DNA of 64,000 nt, from positions 1,847 through 65,846 of the forward strand of contig CAAGNU010000113.1 in the NCBI GenBank assembly GCA_900771365.1, in the 5' to 3' direction. Both the position numbers and the translations under genes were made by a program. Under the pieces are notes generated by a model that had not been told where the DNA came from, ran no database searches, and saw only the letters and a list, made by a program, of their open reading frames with translations. This stretch comes from Bacteroidales bacterium (GTDB lineage: Bacteria; Bacteroidota; Bacteroidia; Bacteroidales; P3). Positions within the stretch are counted from its first letter, which is position 1; the number at the start of each line of letters is the position of its first letter. Below are positions 47,604-58,053 of the stretch, in pieces.

Positions 47604-49103
47604 ATGCGCCGTTTCGCTATTTTCCTCGTCCTCTTCACCCTAATTGGTGGGACTTTCCGCTGTACAGCCCAGCCGGAGACTTCCCCACAGCCTCTTGCCG
47701 CCATGCTTAAAAACGCACCTGACGACACCTCGCGTTTCTGGATTCTCCATCAAGCCCATACGCAGGCCCTTGCCACCCATGAGACCCTCTCCTACCAAGG
47801 TATCGACACCATCCGTCTCGCCATCCCGCAAAACGCCCCATCCATCCCCATCGGTGACAACAACGATTTCCACCACGTCGTCATCCTTGTCACCAACAAC
47901 GCCCACGGCATGTTCCTCTTCAGCCATATCTGCCCTTTGGAAGAAATCCCCGTCCCTGACATTCAGACTCTCAACCGCGCCATAGACTCTGGCAACTATG
48001 CCCATACCCCTCTTGCCGACGATTCGTGGCTTATCGAAATCACAGACTCCACCCCCTGGATAGGCCAGCGTGCCGGCCATGCCTACGGCCATTTCCGCAA
48101 AGAGCTCTTCCTCCTGCATGATGGCCGCAGCGTCCAGCGTCCAGCCATGCCTTTCAGCGGCAGCACCTCCGTCCCACATCTGCGTGGCCGCCGTCTAAAT
48201 GGCGACACCTCCTTTGTCTTTCAAAACATCACCCTCGTCCGAGACAGCTCCTCCACCTGCCGTACCTATCTGCTCGATGCCGAAAATATATGCCATGCCA
48301 TCCTCCGCGATATCTCCGTCCTAACTCCGCCCAACAACTTCGTCGAAGACTGCGCCATCAAAGTCTATAACTGCGCAGACCTGCTCTTAGACTCCCTCTC
48401 CATCCTCGGATCATACTCACGTCACGACCATTCCGGCTACGGCATCCTCCTCGATAATATCCATCTTACCCATGTCCGCCGACTCTATGCCCGCACCCCC
48501 TGGGGGGTCTTCGGCACCAACAACCTCCACACCACCCTTATCGAGGACAGCGATTTCGACCGTTTCGACATCCACTGCTATGGTCGCGACGTCACCTTCC
48601 TACGCTGCCGCCAGCAAGACAGCTACAACCAGTTCTCATCCCTCCACGGCACCCTTTTCTTCGACAGCTGCACGTTTTCAAACTTCACACCCGTGCTGAT
48701 AGAAGACTCCTACAACGCCTACCCCCATTTCCAAATCCTCATGCGCAACTGCACCTGGTCGCTCACCCCAGAGCGCCACGTCTTCCTCTCTGCTGGCCAG
48801 TTGAACAATCTCCCCGCCATCCGTCCCGAACTCTCCGAAAAATGCCTCCCCGACATCCGTCTCATCAATCTTACAATCCTTTCGCCCAGCGGTTTGCGTC
48901 CCATCCTCATCCATTATGGCGGACGCCCGAACCGTCAGCCCATACACGGTCTCTCCGAGATTTTCATCAGCCATACCGCCTCCCCCGCCAACCTCTCATT
49001 CAGCCTTTCCGACCAGCACCTACAGCTCCTCAGCCCTGCCAATATCGTCATCCTAAACCACTCATCAAACACCCTTTTAGAAAAGAAAATCTCACATTTC
49101 TAA
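47604..49103 (+). CDS. hypothetical secreted protein
   Basis: About 499 aa from MRRFAIFLVLFTLIGGTFRCTAQ (signal peptide). No recognisable motif. It lies immediately downstream of the giant T9SS cargo gene. Confidence 0.5.
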   Translation: MRRFAIFLVLFTLIGGTFRCTAQPETSPQPLAAMLKNAPDDTSRFWILHQAHTQALATHETLSYQGIDTIRLAIPQNAPSIPIGDNNDFHHVVILVTNNAHGMFLFSHICPLEEIPVPDIQTLNRAIDSGNYAHTPLADDSWLIEITDSTPWIGQRAGHAYGHFRKELFLLHDGRSVQRPAMPFSGSTSVPHLRGRRLNGDTSFVFQNITLVRDSSSTCRTYLLDAENICHAILRDISVLTPPNNFVEDCAIKVYNCADLLLDSLSILGSYSRHDHSGYGILLDNIHLTHVRRLYARTPWGVFGTNNLHTTLIEDSDFDRFDIHCYGRDVTFLRCRQQDSYNQFSSLHGTLFFDSCTFSNFTPVLIEDSYNAYPHFQILMRNCTWSLTPERHVFLSAGQLNNLPAIRPELSEKCLPDIRLINLTILSPSGLRPILIHYGGRPNRQPIHGLSEIFISHTASPANLSFSLSDQHLQLLSPANIVILNHSSNTLLEKKISHF

Positions 49104-49134
49104 CACTTTTTCCTACTATTTCCAAAAAAAATCG

Positions 49135-49142
49135 TAACTTTG
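49135..49142 (+). promoter_or_regulatory. -7 box (TAACTTTG)
   Basis: About 55 nt upstream of the ATG at 49204. Confidence 0.4.
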
Positions 49143-49203
49143 CAAAATAATTTCAATATATTGCATACAAAATAACAAATAACAAATAAACACCTTAAGT
49201 ACC

Positions 49204-50538
49204 ATGAAAAAGATTGTTTTAATGCTGGCACTTCTTGTAGCAACGCTGACTGTTTCAGCCGAGAACATCCTTTATTTCACCTACAGCCAGGCTTCCCGCA
49301 CCGTCCCGTTCCTCAACAATCAGAACGAGCTGATGATCTATTGCGGCTATGCCGACGAGCTCCCCACCTACGTCCTCGTCAACGAGGTCTGGGCCGAGCA
49401 AATCTCCTCTTCTTTCTATGAAATATGGCTCTATGGCTTCGATGCCTACACTGGCGAAGAGGTCTATATGCCCATCGACCTTGGCTGCATCTGGCTCATG
49501 AACCGTGGCAATATCTATAGTGCCGCCCAAGCCCTCCGTTTCCGTAGCACCCATGCCCGTCCCACATTCGTCTGGGCCATGCCTCCCTACAACCCCTTTG
49601 TGCGCTACGTCCGCCCAACCACCTACTACTACACCTACCACTACGACGTGCACCGTCCCGGCTGGCGCTACGACCTCTACCCCACCATGCACTACCACCC
49701 CTACTACCTCCGCCGCCCGGCCATGCCTGCCCCCATGCCGCCTAGGCCCTACACCCCTGGCCGCGAATATCCTGGCTACCATGTCAATAACAACGGCACC
49801 TACACCTACACCAGCCAGCCCCTCTTAGGCAACATCACGGCTTGCCGGTCTCAGGTCACCGTCCAGAACAACCCCACCAACCGTAGCGGCAACACCATCA
49901 CCTCCAACCGTGGCAACAACACCATCACCACCACCGATCGCTCCACGGGCCGCTCCACTACCACAACCGCTCCTACCCGCAACTCTGGCAACAGCCGTGT
50001 CGTATCCGACAACGACAACAGCCGCAACTCTGGCAACAGCCGTGTCGTATCCGACGACAACAGCCGCAACTCCGGCAACAGCCGTGTCGTATCCGACGAC
50101 AACAGCCGCAACTCCGGCAACAGCCGTGTCGTATCCAGCGACAACAACAACTCCGGCAACAGCCGTGTCGTATCCGGCGACAACAGCCGCAACTCCGGCA
50201 ACAGCCGTGTCGTATCCGGCGACAACAGCCGCACACCCAGCAGCAACCGTAGCGACGTAAGCAGCACAAGTTCAAACCGCAACTCTGGCGTCTCCACCAG
50301 CAGCAGCGACAACAACAGTACCTCCACCAAGCGCAGCAGCACTTCCACCAAGCGCAGCTCCGACACCAAAAGCAGCACCACCAGCACTTCCAACAAACGC
50401 AGCAGTGCCTCCACCTCCCGTAGCGGCGGCTCCGACAACTCTGGCAGCAGACTCGAAAGCTCCTCCGACAACAGCTCCCGCAGCGCCACCTCCCGCACAA
50501 GCAGCACCACCTCTCGTAGTGGCAGCACCCGTCAGTAA
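49204..50538 (+). CDS. hypothetical secreted protein with Tyr/Pro-rich region and Ser/Asn-rich tandem-repeat C-terminal half
   Basis: 444 aa. Signal peptide MKKIVLMLALLVATLTVSA. The middle is Y/P/H-rich (…YYYTYHYDVHRPGWRYDLYPTMHYHPYYLRRP…). The C-terminal half is NSGNSRVVSDDNSR x6-7 followed by an S/T-rich tail. Confidence 0.6.
   Translation: MKKIVLMLALLVATLTVSAENILYFTYSQASRTVPFLNNQNELMIYCGYADELPTYVLVNEVWAEQISSSFYEIWLYGFDAYTGEEVYMPIDLGCIWLMNRGNIYSAAQALRFRSTHARPTFVWAMPPYNPFVRYVRPTTYYYTYHYDVHRPGWRYDLYPTMHYHPYYLRRPAMPAPMPPRPYTPGREYPGYHVNNNGTYTYTSQPLLGNITACRSQVTVQNNPTNRSGNTITSNRGNNTITTTDRSTGRSTTTTAPTRNSGNSRVVSDNDNSRNSGNSRVVSDDNSRNSGNSRVVSDDNSRNSGNSRVVSSDNNNSGNSRVVSGDNSRNSGNSRVVSGDNSRTPSSNRSDVSSTSSNRNSGVSTSSSDNNSTSTKRSSTSTKRSSDTKSSTTSTSNKRSSASTSRSGGSDNSGSRLESSSDNSSRSATSRTSSTTSRSGSTRQ
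49978..50235 (+). repeat. 42-bp in-frame tandem repeat (VNTR), about 6 copies
   Basis: The unit CGCAACTC(T/C)GGCAACAGCCGTGTCGTATCCGACGACAACAGC recurs head-to-tail with few substitutions. It encodes NSGNSRVVSDDNSR. Confidence 0.7.
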
Positions 50539-50566
50539 TCTATCACCCTGCAATTAATTAGATAAT

Positions 50567-51439
50567 ATGTCTATAAAATCAAGCGAATTGGTATTGGCTC
50601 CCGATGGGAGCCTTTACCATATCCACCTCACTGGTGAGAATCTTGCCGACAACATCCTCCTCGTCGGCGACCCCGATCGTGTCAACATGTTCAAAGACAT
50701 CTTCGACACCATAGAGCACGAGTCGCAGAATCGCGAGCTCCATGCCCTCACAGGCCGCTACCACGGCACCCGCTTCACAGCCCTCTCCACTGGCATGGGC
50801 TGCGACAATATCGACATCGTGGCCACCGAACTCGATGCCGCCGTCAACTTCGACCTTGCCACCCGCGAGCCCCTTGCCCGTCACCGTGCCCTCCGCATGG
50901 TCCGTATCGGCACCAGCGGCTCCCTGCAGGCCGACATCGACTGCGGCAGCCTCGTAGCCTCCCGCTACGCCATCGGCCTCGACGGCCTCCTCAACTACTA
51001 TCAGCACGCCCCCCAAGGCTTCGACCCCGACATGGAGCAGGCCTTCGCCCGCCACATGCAGCTCTCCCCGCGCCTTGCCGCCCCCTACTGCGTCCATGGC
51101 AGCCAGAAACTCTTAGCCCAAGTCGCCGACGGCATGACCCACGGCATCACCGTCACAGTCCCAGGCTTCTACGGCCCACAAGGCCGCGACATTCGCCTCG
51201 CCCCGAGCATCGACAGCCTTAACGAGAAACTCGCCGCCTTCTCCTGGAACGGCACCCCCGTCACCAACCTCGAAATGGAGACCTCCGCCATCTACGGCTT
51301 CGCCAACGCCCTCGGCCACGAGGCCCTCACCGTCTGCCTCATCATCGCCAACCGCCCCTGCGGCACCTTCCTCAACGACTACCACCCCCAGATGCGCCAA
51401 ACCATCGGCACCGTCATGGAACGCCTGGCAGCCATATAA
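50567..51439 (+). CDS. nucleoside phosphorylase (PNP/UDP family 1; uridine-phosphorylase-like)
   Basis: 290 aa. It carries LLVGDPDRV (compare the E. coli Udp motif VPGDPDRV), STGMGCDNIDIVATEL, VRIGTSGSL and NLEMETSAIYGFANALG…IIANR (compare NYEMESATL…IVNR). Confidence 0.7.
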   Translation: MSIKSSELVLAPDGSLYHIHLTGENLADNILLVGDPDRVNMFKDIFDTIEHESQNRELHALTGRYHGTRFTALSTGMGCDNIDIVATELDAAVNFDLATREPLARHRALRMVRIGTSGSLQADIDCGSLVASRYAIGLDGLLNYYQHAPQGFDPDMEQAFARHMQLSPRLAAPYCVHGSQKLLAQVADGMTHGITVTVPGFYGPQGRDIRLAPSIDSLNEKLAAFSWNGTPVTNLEMETSAIYGFANALGHEALTVCLIIANRPCGTFLNDYHPQMRQTIGTVMERLAAI

Positions 51440-51514
51440 TCAAGAATCGCCTACCCATCTAAAAACCATTCAATCCATAAAAAAAACTATTAACCCGACA
51501 AAACATCTCATCCA

Positions 51515-51973
51515 ATGAAAAAACTATCCATCCTCCTCCTCTTTGCCCTCGCAGCCCTCGGAGCATCCGCACAAGTCCAGCCCGACTACATCCCCGAGCA
51601 GCTCGGCCGCGACAGCCACCACATCATCCAGGCCATCGGCGCCTTCGTCGGCAACGAACGGGCTGAAAGCCAGTCATTCGACATCACCTACATGCCTGCT
51701 GGCAATGGGGTCGAGGGCGTCATGATTATCAACACCGCCGACTATCGCTGCACCTTCAAGCTCGACAAAGACTACGACCTCTGCTATGAGCTCACCATCG
51801 ACATCCGTTCCAAGGACTTCCTCGAAACCTTCTACACACTCTTCGCCACCTACCGCACCGAGAACCTCGACGACCACCGCCTCATGCACTTCGGCAACGA
51901 GAAACTCATCGTCACCGAGAATCCCTCCACCACCTCCAAGTACCGCTCCTTCCGCTTCACCATCGACGAATAA
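51515..51973 (+). CDS. hypothetical secreted protein
   Basis: 152 aa. Signal peptide MKKLSILLLFALAALGASAQ. No family recognised. Confidence 0.5.
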   Translation: MKKLSILLLFALAALGASAQVQPDYIPEQLGRDSHHIIQAIGAFVGNERAESQSFDITYMPAGNGVEGVMIINTADYRCTFKLDKDYDLCYELTIDIRSKDFLETFYTLFATYRTENLDDHRLMHFGNEKLIVTENPSTTSKYRSFRFTIDE

Positions 51974-52132
51974 AGTCGCACTCCCATACCAGTCCGCCCC
52001 TCCCCATGCGAGAGAGGCGGACTGATTTTTTCCCCCACCGAAAGAGCCACCCTCTGCCCCCTCCCGACACACAAAAAGCAGCCATTCCAGCACCTTTTTT
52101 AACAAAAAACACAATATATCAAAAAAAAATCG

Positions 52133-52140
52133 TATCTTTG
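52133..52140 (+). promoter_or_regulatory. -7 box (TATCTTTG) upstream of typA
   Basis: About 28 nt upstream of the ATG at 52168, preceded by A9. Confidence 0.45.
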
Positions 52141-52167
52141 CACATTTAAATTATACACATATTCACA

Positions 52168-54006
<1,839 letters not shown>

Positions 54007-54104
54007 CCCCCCGACACAACATCCAACGGGAGAACGCGACTGTTCAAAAAAAAAACACGACAACGCCTCGCTAAAAAATATACATCAAAAAAAAAAGAAA
54101 AAAA

Positions 54105-54139
54105 GGCTGAGAGTCACCGCTCTCAGCCTTTTTCTTTCC
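54105..54139 (+). terminator. rho-independent terminator of typA
   Basis: Hairpin GGCTGAGAG-TCACCG-CTCTCAGCC followed by TTTTTCTTTCC. Confidence 0.7.
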
Positions 54140-54280
54140 CCGCAAACACACACCCTGCCGTCCCTCCCCCACCGACAATAACAAAAAAATCCGCAAAATC
54201 CATTTTATGCAAAAAAATCGTATAAACATTGCATTCCACCGACCAAATCGGTCACTAACAACAACTTAGTGCAAAAAATA

Positions 54281-54313
54281 TAAAAAGGGCGCTGACCACT
54301 CAGCACCCTTTTT
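54281..54313. terminator. bidirectional terminator-like hairpin between typA and the convergent minus-strand module
   Basis: AAAAA-GGGCGCTGA-CCAC-TCAGCACCC-TTTTT. The stem is 9 bp with one mismatch. It is flanked by A5 and T5. Confidence 0.5.
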
Positions 54314-54331
54314 ATATCTGAAACTATCCCA

Positions 54332-54355
54332 TGTACAATTGTACAATTGTACAAT
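54332..54355. repeat. (TGTACAAT)x3 perfect tandem repeat abutting the 3' end of the VirE-like gene
   Basis: tgtacaattgtacaattgtacaat lies directly next to the stop of the minus-strand gene at 54356. Confidence 0.5.
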
Positions 54356-56632
54356 TCAAGCGGCAGGCTGTATCTTCCGATAATGGGACGAGCCATACTT
54401 CTGGTTTCTCTCTATGACTCCAAGCTCCACCCACTTATATATAACACGATGTGTAGGAGAGGTCAGATGGTTGTCTATCAATGCCCTCTGCAACTCCTCG
54501 CGGTCGAACTCATCAGGCAGATCGTTATAGGCCGCCGAGCCGAAGAAGTTGACCAAGGATGCCCGTGGCGCGAGCGTCACCCTGCGCAGCAAACCCGCCA
54601 GAGCCATGCTCGCCACCCAGCACCCAAAGGCCTTGACATTCTTGCGGACTGTGCGTGTGTCTTTTTCATCATACAGCACCCATGCCAGCATGGCCGCCCT
54701 CAGGCCATAGGCGGCAGCACGCCTCCTGAATGTGTCACGCGTGATATCGTTGGTCTTCTTGGCATAGAGGCGCTGCGCCTCGTTCCACTTGTCAATCTCA
54801 CTCCCCAGCCAGGCAAGGTCCATGACATACTCGCCCTTCACATCATCGCCGTCCATCGTGTAGCTGTTCAGGTGTTCCAAGGCCGCGTCAATCTCCGCCT
54901 CCTGTGCCGCAGTAAAAGGCTTGAAGGTCTGCAACGGCTTGAAGCTCTGGTCGGGCAAGGTGATGAAGATGGTACGGCTTGTCGTGCCGTCCTCTACCTT
55001 GCCGTCAGTGAAGAAGTTGGCCACGCTGTTAGGCGTTCCGCTCCAGAGAGTGTTGAAAAAAGCATCCACAGAGCCCGAAAACGAGGTGTCGCTGGCATAG
55101 CTTTGACCGTACTTCTCGCCATCGAAAGAGACCTTCAGCAGATTCGAGATGTTGGAGAACGAGCGTTTGAACGAGTCCACGAGGATAGAAATCTCGGGCG
55201 AGTATTGGAACAGGTGCGCCCCTTGGGCATTGTCCAACAACATGAGCAGCTTGGTGATGGAGATGATGGCGGGCGTGATGCGGATGGGGTCGTTGGGCCT
55301 GTTGGCCAAGAGCTCCTTCAGCTCCTGGCGTTCAGCCTTCGTCTTGCCGCCGCCTGCCAGCTTGGTGGCCTTCAGTTCCTCGTCAAAAACCTTCTGCCGC
55401 TGGATGTTCTTCTCGTCCTGCTCAATCACGGGCTTCAGGCACCGCTTCACCAAGTCGGCCAGGAACGACTTCCCCGCGCCTTGGGGAGCCTCCAGCACAC
55501 ACTGAAACGAGGGATGCTCCATCCTTCCGTGGTACGGGGTGCGAATCTTCGAAGCCAGCGTCCCCATGATAGGCAGGAGAGCGAGGACTGTGGCATTCCT
55601 AAAATCCTCCGGCGCTGCCGCGTAAAAATGCGAGAACACCGGCGGCAGCGGAAAATTCACCTCAAAGTTCATCAACTCCACCTCTTCAGCCTCCTGCTGG
55701 GCGGCACAGAGGTCGATGGCATCTTGCAGACGCTCAGAGATGACAGGCTTCGACCTGTAGCGACAAGCGCTACTGCAAACAGCCATCAGCTCGCTGTCCG
55801 ACAAAGTGCAGCCCTCCTTCAAAACATTGAAGATGGCCAGAGGGTTGTAGTCCGTGATGTTGCGGATTTCGGAGGCGATAGCGAAATAGCGGTTGTTTCT
55901 GTCTCCTTCCGAAGGCAGGCCGCCGAAATAGTCCATCATCACCCCCACAATATCGCGCAAAGGGATGCCGTGATAGGCTGTCTGTGTCGATTCCGGCACG
56001 TTTATGGGCGTTGTGGAAGCTGCCGTGGTCGTGTTCGCACAGGGTGCCTGTACCTTTCCGTACCCCTCGCGGATGGGGACAAACCATGCTGGCACCGCCT
56101 CCTCGGGGTCGAAGATGTCGTCCAACTTATAGAAATAGCTGTGCGGCACAAGAAAAGACAGCCGTGCCGGGTCAACGCAATGACTGTCCCAGTACCGCCC
56201 CATGCCGATCTGCTCCACCAGAAAGCGCTGGTTCTGCTCTATCGTGGCCAGCCCCTCGCGCCAGTCCATGACGAGGCGGAGTCCATGCGTGGAGATAGTC
56301 TTGTAAGCCATCCTGATGCCCAAAGCCTCGGCTCGCGGGGCTATGCCTCCCCATACCGCGTCCACCTCCTCATCCAGGTGGTCAAGGTCCACCATGACCA
56401 GAGGATTCAAGATAGCGTTCTCGTTCTTGCGCACACCATCCTTAAAGCTGGCCTGCACCACCATGGCGGGCAGCGACTCCTTGACCCGCTTGCGAGCCTC
56501 CTCGTCCAGCCTCCCTGAGGCGATAGCTGCCGCCTTCTCGGCAATATCTTTCGAGTCGATAAGGGCAAGGAAGCCAGCCTGCAACACAGGCTGACACTTC
56601 CCTCCCATCCTCTTTTGGATGGAAATCTTCAT
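54356..56632 (-). CDS. VirE-N/BT4734-like + DUF3987 P-loop NTPase protein (mobile-element primase-helicase-like)
   Basis: 758 aa. The N-terminal region (MKISIQKRMGGKCQPV…LVMVDLDHLDEE…) resembles the Bacteroides BT4734/VirE N-domain. The central region has a Walker A (LEAPQGAGKSFLADLV) and Walker-B-like acidic residues. The alternative plus-strand ORF (54347-56518) is Arg-rich nonsense. Confidence 0.6.
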   Translation of the reverse strand: MKISIQKRMGGKCQPVLQAGFLALIDSKDIAEKAAAIASGRLDEEARKRVKESLPAMVVQASFKDGVRKNENAILNPLVMVDLDHLDEEVDAVWGGIAPRAEALGIRMAYKTISTHGLRLVMDWREGLATIEQNQRFLVEQIGMGRYWDSHCVDPARLSFLVPHSYFYKLDDIFDPEEAVPAWFVPIREGYGKVQAPCANTTTAASTTPINVPESTQTAYHGIPLRDIVGVMMDYFGGLPSEGDRNNRYFAIASEIRNITDYNPLAIFNVLKEGCTLSDSELMAVCSSACRYRSKPVISERLQDAIDLCAAQQEAEEVELMNFEVNFPLPPVFSHFYAAAPEDFRNATVLALLPIMGTLASKIRTPYHGRMEHPSFQCVLEAPQGAGKSFLADLVKRCLKPVIEQDEKNIQRQKVFDEELKATKLAGGGKTKAERQELKELLANRPNDPIRITPAIISITKLLMLLDNAQGAHLFQYSPEISILVDSFKRSFSNISNLLKVSFDGEKYGQSYASDTSFSGSVDAFFNTLWSGTPNSVANFFTDGKVEDGTTSRTIFITLPDQSFKPLQTFKPFTAAQEAEIDAALEHLNSYTMDGDDVKGEYVMDLAWLGSEIDKWNEAQRLYAKKTNDITRDTFRRRAAAYGLRAAMLAWVLYDEKDTRTVRKNVKAFGCWVASMALAGLLRRVTLAPRASLVNFFGSAAYNDLPDEFDREELQRALIDNHLTSPTHRVIYKWVELGVIERNQKYGSSHYRKIQPAA

Positions 56633-57063
56633 TCTGCCACCTCCTCCTCTTCTTTCTTCGACTTGTCGTAGGCAAAGGTACAGTCCAAGGCCGACTTGAA
56701 CGTCTCCCGCAACATCTTCACACGCTTCTGGTCAACCTCGGGGTCGATAACGAGGGTGAGGACGTAGCGGCCCGACTTGCGGGTGTGCACCTTCATGTCG
56801 CCCACGCAGAAGATACGGTCGTTCTGAGCCCACGGCCTCGGTGGCAGCGGGGTGATGACAAAGGCCGGCTGGCTGCCGCCCAGCAGCTCCGTGACCGAGC
56901 AGGGCGCGTACTCCATCCTGCCCATCACCGGCTTGGGGGCGTGCACCTTCACCTTGGCATTCTCAACGATATGACTCATGCTGTTCTTGCCGCACTTCTC
57001 GCAGCGGTTCTCGACATTATTTTTCTTGGTGTTCATATTATAAAGATTTTTATTATTATACAT
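56629..57063 (-). CDS. hypothetical protein (mobile-element module)
   Basis: 144 aa. The stop overlaps the downstream start (ATGA). It has a CxxC pair near the N-terminus (CEKCGK) and an acidic C-terminus. Confidence 0.45.
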   Translation of the reverse strand: MYNNKNLYNMNTKKNNVENRCEKCGKNSMSHIVENAKVKVHAPKPVMGRMEYAPCSVTELLGGSQPAFVITPLPPRPWAQNDRIFCVGDMKVHTRKSGRYVLTLVIDPEVDQKRVKMLRETFKSALDCTFAYDKSKKEEEEVAE

Positions 57064-57124
57064 TTTTTTATTCTTAGGAATCCCCCTCAGGCCTTACAGC
57101 CCGAGGGGAACTGTCCATGTAGCG

Positions 57125-57457
57125 TTAGCACCTGCCCTTCCCCTTCTCAAAACTCAGATTCGGAGAAATGGCTTCGCTGGGGCGGTAAGTCTCAGGAAGG
57201 GTGAAGAGCGGAGCCTCATAGCCCTCATACATATCCTCCCCCGTGAGGAAGTCATAGATGATAGAAAGCACCACATTCTGGGGCTCGTTAACCTCGCCAT
57301 TGACAATGAAGTCGACAAGGCTCTGGCACAAGATAGCCTGGGCGCAGCCCTTCAGCGGCCAAAGGTTCTTCGCCACGACAGCCTTCTGCTGGTCGTTCAG
57401 CAGCGAAAACAACTGCTGCTGGATGCTGGGCGTTCCGTTCAAATGATAATAAGCCAT
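57125..57457 (-). CDS. hypothetical protein (mobile-element module)
   Basis: 110-aa ORF, co-oriented and tightly spaced with its neighbours. Confidence 0.45.
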   Translation of the reverse strand: MAYYHLNGTPSIQQQLFSLLNDQQKAVVAKNLWPLKGCAQAILCQSLVDFIVNGEVNEPQNVVLSIIYDFLTGEDMYEGYEAPLFTLPETYRPSEAISPNLSFEKGKGRC

Positions 57458-57469
57458 AATACTTTTCTT

Positions 57470-57808
57470 TTAAAGATTAGCGGTTGTAGTGCTCAGCGGC
57501 TCAATATCCACGAGTCGGATGCGGCCATAACGGCGCACCTCGCCACCGTTGTTCGTGGTATTATAGTTGTGCTTGATAGAAAACACACACTCCGTCACCA
57601 CCCCGTTGCGTTCATCACGGGCAAGGCCGTTCACCACAGCGCCCACCCTGTCGACATCATCGCCCGAAGCCCTCACCACAAACCACTCACCCTCGTTGGC
57701 ACCCGTGCCCCTGATCACCATCTCCTGATAACGCCAAGAATTCCCCTCAGCGGTCTCGCCATGCAAAGGCTGACAAATCAGCCACAATCTACCTTGAATC
57801 TTAGTCAT
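57470..57808 (-). CDS. DUF3127-like protein (small OB-fold-like protein typical of Bacteroidota mobile elements)
   Basis: From the internal Met, MTKIQGRLWLICQPLHGETAEGNSWRYQEMVIRGTGANEGEWFVV follows the DUF3127 pattern (K-I-x-G-x…G-x-W-K/R-x-Q-E-x-V-I). Confidence 0.45.
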   Translation of the reverse strand: MTKIQGRLWLICQPLHGETAEGNSWRYQEMVIRGTGANEGEWFVVRASGDDVDRVGAVVNGLARDERNGVVTECVFSIKHNYNTTNNGGEVRRYGRIRLVDIEPLSTTTANL

Positions 57809-57990
57809 TTTACTATTCTCCTTTCTTAAAAAATAATACAATATTATTTAATTTCTTTTTCGACAATCCGACAACTTTATAGGGTCGTCATGCCTCTGTC
57901 CCCGTCCGAATCAGCCTGCGTTTTGGCGCCTTCCCGCAAACTTTCATCCTCCGAAAGACAATGCAAAAGTACACAGAAAATAACAAAAAA

Positions 57991-58016
57991 AGGTCAACGG
58001 TAATCAACGTTGACCT
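57991..58016 (-). terminator. rho-independent terminator downstream of the DUF3883 gene (minus strand)
   Basis: Perfect inverted repeat GGTCAACG-GTAATCAA-CGTTGACC. On the minus strand it is followed by TTTTTTTGTTATTTTC. Confidence 0.6.
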
Positions 58017-58053
58017 CAACCAAAGGAGTTGTATTCTATTTCAAATCAGCAAA

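Noticed and set aside
49978-50235. Tandem repeats considered as a possible CRISPR array
   Set aside because: The units are contiguous 42-bp repeats with no intervening unique spacers. They are in-frame inside a coding sequence and no cas genes are nearby. This is a coding VNTR, not a CRISPR.
49255-50553. Antisense or alternative-frame ORFs across the VNTR gene (49255-49782, 49851-50528, 49910-50260, 49973-50500, 50272-50553)
   Set aside because: They are generated by the tandem repeat, with Cys/Arg/Trp- or Leu/Arg-rich repeats. The plus-frame ORF has a signal peptide and a consistent reading frame.
54347-56518. 723-aa plus-strand ORF across the VirE-like locus
   Set aside because: The translation is Arg/Leu/Gln-rich with no motif. 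The opposite minus-strand frame has a Walker A and a recognisable N-terminal domain and is co-oriented with its neighbours.
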